This document shows, piece by piece, positions 33,894 to 34,068 of a DNA stretch of 34,068 bases. The number at the start of each line of letters is the position of its first letter. Positions within the stretch are counted from its first letter, which is position 1. This DNA comes from Octopus sinensis (lineage: Eukaryota). A program made the position numbers and the translations under genes. Below the pieces are notes generated by a model that was not told the DNA's origin, did not search any database, and saw only the letters and a program-made list of their open reading frames with translations. The stretch lies in NCBI RefSeq assembly GCF_006345805.1, contig NW_021831974.1, positions 1 through 34,068 of the forward strand, written 5' to 3'.

Positions 33894-34068
33894 TCATTAT
33901 ATATATATATATGTATGTATATAATATACGTATGAGAGAGAGAAAGAGAGGGAGAGAGTTACATATATGCACACATATATATGCATATATACATACCCAT
34001 GAATATCTAAATGCTTATATACATAAATATGTAAACACACACACATGAATCCATACACATATACGTGT

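Overview
AT-rich, microsatellite-dense animal genomic DNA (intergenic or deep intronic). I can support no host protein-coding exon, no rRNA/tRNA gene and no CRISPR array. The SINE families point to a cephalopod, probably Octopus (inference from recalled repeat sequences). The window is a transposon graveyard: several tRNA-derived SINE families, a near-complete Tc1 (DD34E) element, mariner, probable MULE and hAT-MITE remnants, a Penelope RT/GIY-YIG remnant, three CR1/Jockey-group LINE pieces and three RTE LINE pieces, two of the LINE pieces being young with open frames. The main observations are: (1) a full-length U6 snRNA copy (12274-12383) fused directly to the 3' tail shared by the local SINE-A family and a CR1-like LINE, i.e. 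a U6-retroelement chimera or U6-headed SINE candidate; (2) several hammerhead-ribozyme motifs, one with all three stems (29959-30013); (3) a foldback with ~182-bp arms and no substitutions (23341-23716) next to a ~3.4-kb (TA)n array, which is either a very recent event or a long-read artefact; (4) a young RTE nested in the microsatellite tail of an older CR1-like LINE. All family names come from manual translation and motif recall; no database search was run.
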